Shown here one piece after another: positions 58,310 to 64,000 of a stretch of DNA of 64,000 bases (its first letter is position 1; each line of letters starts with the position of its first letter). Made by a program: the position numbers and the translations under genes. Where the stretch lies: contig NZ_CANMSK010000008.1 of the NCBI RefSeq assembly GCF_947500655.1, positions 19,139-83,138 on the forward strand, given 5' to 3'. The DNA is from an uncultured Psychrosphaera sp. (GTDB lineage Bacteria > Pseudomonadota > Gammaproteobacteria > Enterobacterales > Alteromonadaceae). Under the pieces are notes generated by a model that searched no databases, was not told where the DNA came from, and saw only the letters and a list, made by a program, of their open reading frames with translations.

Positions 58310-59602
58310 ATGAAAAAAATAATTTTAATCGCATGTCTTGCTCTACTGACAAGTGCTTGTAGCAACGAAAGTACAAGCACCGCACCTAAAAATATAATTA
58401 TGGTTGTTGCTGATGGAACAGGACCTTCCTACACCACAGCATATCGTTATTATAATGATGACCCAACAACTGACGAGATTGAAGAAACGGTATTTGACCG
58501 TCACTTAGTTGGCATTGCAAGTACTTATCCTGCAAGGGAGTCTGGTTATATAACTGACTCGGCAGCAGCAGCTACCGCTTTAGCAGCTGGTGTTAAATCT
58601 TATAATGGTGCAATTGGTGTCGATGTTGATAAAAAGCCAGTTGAAACTGTTTTAGAATATGCAAAATTAATCGGTAAAAAAACAGGCGTTGTGGTTACTT
58701 CACAAATCAACCATGCAACGCCTGCCTCATATTTAGCGCATAACGAAAGCCGTAAAAACTATGATGCCATTGCCAACAGTTATATAGATGACGGTATTAA
58801 AGCCGACGTTTATCTTGGTGGCGGTTGGCAATATTTTATCCGTGATGACCGTAATATTGTTGAAGAGTTTAAGCAAGCAGGCTTTCATTACGTAGACAAC
58901 TACGATCAACTAGCTGATATACCAGAGCAACCTTTATTCGGTTTGTTCGACAAAGTAGGTTTACCTTGGGCATTGGATGACACAAAGCACAACCGTTTAT
59001 CTGTTATGACTGAAGCGGCAACTGGGTTGTTAGAAAACGACAAAGGCTTTTTTATGTTAGTTGAAGCTAGCCAAGTTGACTGGGCTGGACATAGTAATGA
59101 CATCGCAGCAGCTATGGGTGAAATGACAGACTTAGCCATTACCATGGAATATTTAGAGCAGTATGTGAAAGATCATCCTGATACTCTAGTTGTAATGACA
59201 GCCGATCACAGCACAGGTGGTTTAACGGTTGCAGCAAATGGTAAATATGAATGGAACCCAGAGTACTTACGTACAATGACCCAATCACCTAGTGCAATCA
59301 CCAAAATATTACTAGATTCAGACATTAACAAAACGTTAGTTGAAGAGTTACTTCACTTTACTATTACTGACGAAGAGTTAGTATTTTTGCAACAAGCTAA
59401 AGTTAAGAAATCATCTGATAAGAAAATTTATAAAGTAGTCAAAGCAATCATTGATCAACGTACTAACACAGGTTGGACAACGGGCGGTCATACAGGTCAT
59501 GACGTTCAAGTATTTGCTATGGGCGCAGGTAGTGAAATGTTCAGAGGCAAAATCGACAACACTGACATTGCCAAGAAAATATTTACATTCTTAGGAAAGT
59601 AA
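58310..59602 (+). CDS. Alkaline phosphatase (PhoA family) lipoprotein
   Basis: Lipobox LLTSAC and the active-site region VVADGTGPS...ITDSAAAATALAAG, with the metal motifs DWAGH and ADHSTGG. Confidence 0.88.
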   Translation: MKKIILIACLALLTSACSNESTSTAPKNIIMVVADGTGPSYTTAYRYYNDDPTTDEIEETVFDRHLVGIASTYPARESGYITDSAAAATALAAGVKSYNGAIGVDVDKKPVETVLEYAKLIGKKTGVVVTSQINHATPASYLAHNESRKNYDAIANSYIDDGIKADVYLGGGWQYFIRDDRNIVEEFKQAGFHYVDNYDQLADIPEQPLFGLFDKVGLPWALDDTKHNRLSVMTEAATGLLENDKGFFMLVEASQVDWAGHSNDIAAAMGEMTDLAITMEYLEQYVKDHPDTLVVMTADHSTGGLTVAANGKYEWNPEYLRTMTQSPSAITKILLDSDINKTLVEELLHFTITDEELVFLQQAKVKKSSDKKIYKVVKAIIDQRTNTGWTTGGHTGHDVQVFAMGAGSEMFRGKIDNTDIAKKIFTFLGK

Positions 59603-59640
59603 CTTTCCTGTAAGATCATTTAGAATAAATTAATACAAAG

Positions 59641-59673
59641 CAAAAGGGACGCATAAATATGCGTCCCTTTTTT
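59641..59673. terminator. Bidirectional terminator between the phosphatase gene and the convergent gene
   Basis: caaaa-gggacgcat-aaat-atgcgtccc-tttttt. Confidence 0.8.
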
Positions 59674-59734
59674 AATACTTTCAACTCTGTAATGGCGTTA
59701 CATTACGTACAAAATTATTACTCTAGTAGCTAAT

Positions 59735-60904
59735 TTAAAGGCGACTGATGTTTAATTTAGAAACGTCCATTGAAAACAACAATGGTGACATAGTTTTAAG
59801 CTTAGCTTCATTCGACGGACAAGTAACGTTTTTCATATAATTACGTTTCCAAGGGTCATTTACCATCCAAATAGTATCGCCAATAATTCCCAGACCTTCT
59901 ATGGAAGCATTGTCCATTTTATCCCAAACATCACAAGAACCGTCGCTCACATCAGTCGGCGCTAAAAAAGTTAAATCTATTATTTTTGTAGGTTGTTTCT
60001 TGGCTAAATCAATAACCCATAATTGGCTATCGTTTCTAGCAGCGGCAATTAAATAACCAGACTCTCCATTAACCGCAAGATAATCCATGCCATTAATTGG
60101 GTGATTGCCAGAAGTATGTTCTGGTAATGACAACTCAGGATCAGACACTTTTGCAAAGTCCTCGGTATTCCAAAAATCTTCATTTATCTGAACAGAAAAA
60201 ATCCTCGCATTCTTATTTCTATCTTTCTCTAATCCTAAATATAATTGATTGTTTTGACCAAACGCTAAACCTTCAATTCCATCATTTGGAAAATCACCTA
60301 CGTTAAATTTTGGCGCAAACTGTAATGGACGTATATGCGTTGCTTCAACCATATTGTTATCTTTTACTACTAAACGAACCAACAAAGTTGGGTAGTCAGT
60401 TGAACCAGAATTATTAAAACGTTGCATACACTCTTTTGATAAACCAGCGCCGCGTGTTGCATCTTCCGTCACAATAATAATTTCATTATCATTATTTGGA
60501 TTCACCGCCAGCGCTTCATAGTCTGGCTCGCCAGATAAGTAATCGGCAAAACAGCCTTGTTGAAGTTCGTCAGACAAAGTTATTTGCATAGCCTCAGGCT
60601 CTAAAGCCGCTGAATTAGGATCAATTAGGTGTAACTGCTTTTGCTGTGAGCTGTCGGCACTGGCATCAGAAATTGACAATAATTTTCCACGCCAATGTTT
60701 TAATCCTGAGGTTTGTGGATCGAGCATAGCGCCACCATTTAACTCAGTGATCCACTTACCTTGTACCGTTTCTTTACTAGCTGCAATATTCTTTGTATCA
60801 GGGTTCTGCTCACTAGAACTTTCCATATTAGTGACGCTAACAAACACACCAAGCACAACCACTGCGCTAGCTAATAACCATGAATTAAGTTGTGTAGATT
60901 TCAT
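59735..60904 (-). CDS. Secreted/anchored beta-propeller-like protein (possibly phytase-like/SdiA-regulated-type), function uncertain
   Basis: ATG 60904 gives MKSTQLNSWLLASAVVVLGVFVSV. Repeated IEGL(A/G) strand motifs are present. The family call is tentative, and the ORF-track start at 60997 is an over-extension. Confidence 0.55.
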   Translation of the reverse strand: MKSTQLNSWLLASAVVVLGVFVSVTNMESSSEQNPDTKNIAASKETVQGKWITELNGGAMLDPQTSGLKHWRGKLLSISDASADSSQQKQLHLIDPNSAALEPEAMQITLSDELQQGCFADYLSGEPDYEALAVNPNNDNEIIIVTEDATRGAGLSKECMQRFNNSGSTDYPTLLVRLVVKDNNMVEATHIRPLQFAPKFNVGDFPNDGIEGLAFGQNNQLYLGLEKDRNKNARIFSVQINEDFWNTEDFAKVSDPELSLPEHTSGNHPINGMDYLAVNGESGYLIAAARNDSQLWVIDLAKKQPTKIIDLTFLAPTDVSDGSCDVWDKMDNASIEGLGIIGDTIWMVNDPWKRNYMKNVTCPSNEAKLKTMSPLLFSMDVSKLNISRL

Positions 60905-61139
60905 TATGACTTTCCAATTAATTAATGCTGTATATGCACGATGTTTCCATCGTTTTATACAAAGTATATTTATGCATACTACACACTCCATCCTCATCAG
61001 AGAATAGGTAATTAAAACGGTAATAAAAATTATTAGTCAATAAACCTACTTTTTTTTGTTGTACTTTATTTGCTTAGTCCATTCTAATCGCGCCTTATTT
61101 TAAACCTACTAAATACAGCAAAATTACCAAGGAAAAACA

Positions 61140-63050
61140 TTGAATAAGAACACACTTGAGAATGTACGCGCTTGTTACAACGTACGTCATTGGAGTCAAG
61201 GATACTTTGGCATAAACGACTCAGGTAACGTGTATGTGGCACCAAAAGTGGAAAGCCCAGAACATACCGTTGACTTAAGTACGATAGCTAAAATGATCCA
61301 AGACAAGGGCTTAACTTTGCCTGCTCTTGTGCGTTTTCCTCAAATTATTCACCACCGTGTACATAGTTTATGTGACGCGTTCAACAACGCCATTAAGTCA
61401 TATAACTACCAAGAAAAATATTTGTTGGTTTACCCGATTAAAGTAAACCAACAGCGTGAAGTTGTGGATGAAATTCTAGCGAGTCAGCACAATCAAGAAC
61501 ACAAACAGCTAGGTTTAGAAGCTGGCAGTAAAGCTGAGTTACTAGCCGTATTAGCCTTGGCGGATAAAGCCTCGTCTGTAATTGTGTGTAACGGTTACAA
61601 AGACAAAGAATATGTTCGCTTAGCACTTATTGGTGAAAAGCTTGGTCATCAAGTTCATATCGTTTTGGAAAAAATGTCTGAACTAGAGATGATTTTATCG
61701 GAAGCTAAAAAACTTGGTGTTAAACCACGTTTAGGTATTCGCGTACGTTTAGCGTCGCAAGGTAAAGGTAAGTGGCAAGCCAGTGGCGGTGAAAAATCTA
61801 AATTTGGTTTATCCGCATCACAAGTTTTACACGTGGTTAAAGTATTAAAAGATATTAATATGTTGGATGCATTAGTCCTAGTGCATTTCCACTTAGGTTC
61901 ACAAATGGCCAACATCCGTGATGTTAGGTTAGGCGTAAGCGAAGCTGCGCGTTTTTATTGTGAATTACGTAAACTTGGTGCAGGTATTACATGCATGGAC
62001 GTAGGTGGCGGTTTAGCCATTGATTACGATGGTACTCGTAGCCAATCTCATAACTCAATGAACTACAGCTTAGCTGAGTACGCTAACAACATTGTTTACA
62101 CAATTGGTGATACTTGCAAGACCTATGAAGAGCCTATGCCAATGATTATTTCTGAATCTGGCCGTGCTTTAACCGCACACCATGCGGTATTAATCTCTAA
62201 CGTTATTGGTGCAGAATCGTATCAGCCTGAAGTATTGCCAGAGCCAGAAGTGGTTGCGCCTTTGTTATTACAAAACATGTGGAACTCTTGGTTGCAGTTA
62301 AGTCAGCGAATAGATGACCGCGCCTTAATTGAAATTTATCACGACACTCAAAGTGACATTGCCGAAGTACATACTCAATTTGGTATGGGCTTATTAAACT
62401 TGCCACAACGCGCTTGGGCAGAACAGGTTAATCTACGAGTATGTTACGAATTGCATCAATTAATGGACACCAAAAACCGTTTCCACCGTCCAATTATCGA
62501 CGGTTTAACTGAAAAATTAGCAGATAAGTTCTTTGTTAACTTTTCTTTATTTCAGTCATTGCCAGATTCATGGGGCATTGACCAAGTATTCCCAGTGTTA
62601 CCACTGACCAATTTGCAACGTTCACATGAAAAACGTGCGGTATTGTTAGACATCACTTGTGACTCAGACGGCACAATTGGTAGTTACGTTGACGGCCAAG
62701 GCATAGAAACAACTTTACCAGTTCCGGCTTGGAAAGAAGGTGAAGAATACTTATTAGGTTTCTTTTTAGTGGGTGCTTACCAAGAAATTTTAGGTGACAT
62801 GCACAACTTGTTTGGTGACACACACAGCGCGGTTATTTTATTGGATGACGACGGTGAAGTTGATATCAAAGAAATAAACGAAGGCGACAGCGTAGCTGAC
62901 ATGCTGAGTTATGTGCATTTAGATGTGGATGTATTTACCGAAGCTTATGAAAGTTTAGTTAACACTAAATTACCAGAAAATGAGCGAGCACCAATTCTAG
63001 AAGAATTAGTTGCTGGCTTACGTGGTTACACATATTTGGAAGATTTTTAA
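61140..63050 (+). CDS. speA: Biosynthetic arginine decarboxylase
   Basis: [15 protein letters not shown]-terminus, the PLP-Lys region ([15 protein letters not shown]) and [10 protein letters not shown]. It has an apparent TTG start. Confidence 0.93.
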   Translation: MNKNTLENVRACYNVRHWSQGYFGINDSGNVYVAPKVESPEHTVDLSTIAKMIQDKGLTLPALVRFPQIIHHRVHSLCDAFNNAIKSYNYQEKYLLVYPIKVNQQREVVDEILASQHNQEHKQLGLEAGSKAELLAVLALADKASSVIVCNGYKDKEYVRLALIGEKLGHQVHIVLEKMSELEMILSEAKKLGVKPRLGIRVRLASQGKGKWQASGGEKSKFGLSASQVLHVVKVLKDINMLDALVLVHFHLGSQMANIRDVRLGVSEAARFYCELRKLGAGITCMDVGGGLAIDYDGTRSQSHNSMNYSLAEYANNIVYTIGDTCKTYEEPMPMIISESGRALTAHHAVLISNVIGAESYQPEVLPEPEVVAPLLLQNMWNSWLQLSQRIDDRALIEIYHDTQSDIAEVHTQFGMGLLNLPQRAWAEQVNLRVCYELHQLMDTKNRFHRPIIDGLTEKLADKFFVNFSLFQSLPDSWGIDQVFPVLPLTNLQRSHEKRAVLLDITCDSDGTIGSYVDGQGIETTLPVPAWKEGEEYLLGFFLVGAYQEILGDMHNLFGDTHSAVILLDDDGEVDIKEINEGDSVADMLSYVHLDVDVFTEAYESLVNTKLPENERAPILEELVAGLRGYTYLEDF

Positions 63051-63051
63051 C

Positions 63052-63993
63052 ATGACGGCTCTTGTTAACAACCTATTTAACCAAGTAGATAACTCTATCT
63101 ATTCAAATGCCATGACCTTTATGCGTCAGCCATTAAGCTTTGACCCGTTAATGTCAGATGCCGACGTTGTGGTATTAGGTTTACCTTTTGATATGGCAAC
63201 GTCTGGGCGCTCTGGCGCTCGTATGGGGCCAACCGCTATTCGCCAAGCGTCGGTGAACTTAGCGTGGGAAACAAAGAAATACCCTTGGACATTTTCTTTG
63301 TTTGACCATTTACGAGTTGTTGATGCTGGAGATTTAGTTTACTCAACCGGTGATGCTGACGAATTCACCCTAAAAGTAGAAGACGCTACCACACAATTAC
63401 TTAATGCCAACAAAACTATATTGGCCTTAGGTGGCGATCACTTTGTGACTCTGCCTTTGTTACGTGCGTACAAAAAGAAGTTTGGCAAAATGGCATTAAT
63501 TCATTTTGACGCTCATACCGACACCTACAATAACGGCAGTCGATATGATCACGGCACTATGTTTTACCATGCACCAAACGAAGGTTTAATAGACAAAGAG
63601 CATTCAATCCAAATTGGTATAAGAACCAATTACAAAAGCCAAAACCATGGCTTTAAAGTGATTGATGCCATGCAAGCCAATGACGACAGCGTTGAGCAAA
63701 TAGTACAAACCATCAAACAAACCATTGGTGACTTGCCTGTTTATTTAACCTTTGACATTGACTGCCTAGATCCCGCGTTTGCACCAGGTACCGGCACACC
63801 AGTGTGTGGCGGTTTATCTAGTGATAAAGTATTGAAGATACTACGAGCATTGGCGGGAATAAACTTAGTTGGAATGGACGTAGTGGAAGTTGCTCCCGCT
63901 TATGACAGCGCGGAAATAACCGCACTTGCAGCCGCAACCATAGGTGTAGAGCTATTACATTTATGGACTGTAAAACACAAAAGCCCGCTGTAA
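63052..63993 (+). CDS. speB: Agmatinase
   Basis: Ureohydrolase Mn motifs ([27 protein letters not shown]). ATG 63052 lies 1 nt after the speA stop. The ORF-track start at 63010 overlaps speA. Confidence 0.93.
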   Translation: MTALVNNLFNQVDNSIYSNAMTFMRQPLSFDPLMSDADVVVLGLPFDMATSGRSGARMGPTAIRQASVNLAWETKKYPWTFSLFDHLRVVDAGDLVYSTGDADEFTLKVEDATTQLLNANKTILALGGDHFVTLPLLRAYKKKFGKMALIHFDAHTDTYNNGSRYDHGTMFYHAPNEGLIDKEHSIQIGIRTNYKSQNHGFKVIDAMQANDDSVEQIVQTIKQTIGDLPVYLTFDIDCLDPAFAPGTGTPVCGGLSSDKVLKILRALAGINLVGMDVVEVAPAYDSAEITALAAATIGVELLHLWTVKHKSPL

Positions 63994-64000
63994 AGTGGGC

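Noticed and set aside
1-64000. CRISPR arrays, rRNA genes, prophage or toxin-antitoxin/defence-system gene sets
   Set aside because: I saw no spaced direct-repeat arrays, no rRNA-like sequence and no phage structural, integrase, restriction or abortive-infection-type proteins among the translated ORFs. The only repeats are the two short microsatellites reported above.

Overview
AT-rich (by eye) chromosomal segment with marine gammaproteobacterial (Alteromonadales-like) protein signatures; the taxon cannot be verified here. Gene content in order: (1) a 5'-truncated ZnuD-like TonB-dependent receptor with three His/Glu-rich loop inserts, envZ-ompR, a FapA/DUF342 protein and a lone tRNA(CAU). (2) A small accessory stretch: a His-rich beta-barrel protein, a DUF2459-like lipoprotein, a solitary Y1/HUH transposase-like gene and a microsatellite. 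(3) A ~27 kb purine-catabolism supercluster at about 10.7-39.1 kb. It holds two NCS2 permeases, a secreted adenosine-deaminase-like protein, an orphan lipoprotein, a TonB-dependent receptor, a NUP-family lipoprotein and ureDABCEFG. It also holds an 11-gene minus-strand operon, xdhABC-alc-uraD-uraH-allA-guaD-puuD-glcB-tetR. (4) An acidic orphan protein, a CotH-like lipoprotein and a YfcH-like epimerase. (5) A nucleoside / extracellular-DNA scavenging cluster at about 42.8-59.6 kb: two secreted EEP nucleases, an xapX-like sORF, deoD, deoB, udk-nupC-deoC-tdk-upp, cdd-deoA, an Oar-like TonB receptor, a second RutR-like TetR regulator and alkaline phosphatase. (6) speA-speB. The most interesting signal is regulatory. 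There are two families of 16-bp palindromes sharing the TTGAC...GTCAA frame. One is the canonical RutR box TTGACCAnnTGGTCAA, in front of the nucleoside/eDNA genes. The other is a TGACACnnGTGTCA variant, in front of the purine-catabolism units. Each family co-localises with its own RutR/YcdC-family TetR paralog. No CRISPR array, rRNA, prophage or recognisable defence system was seen.
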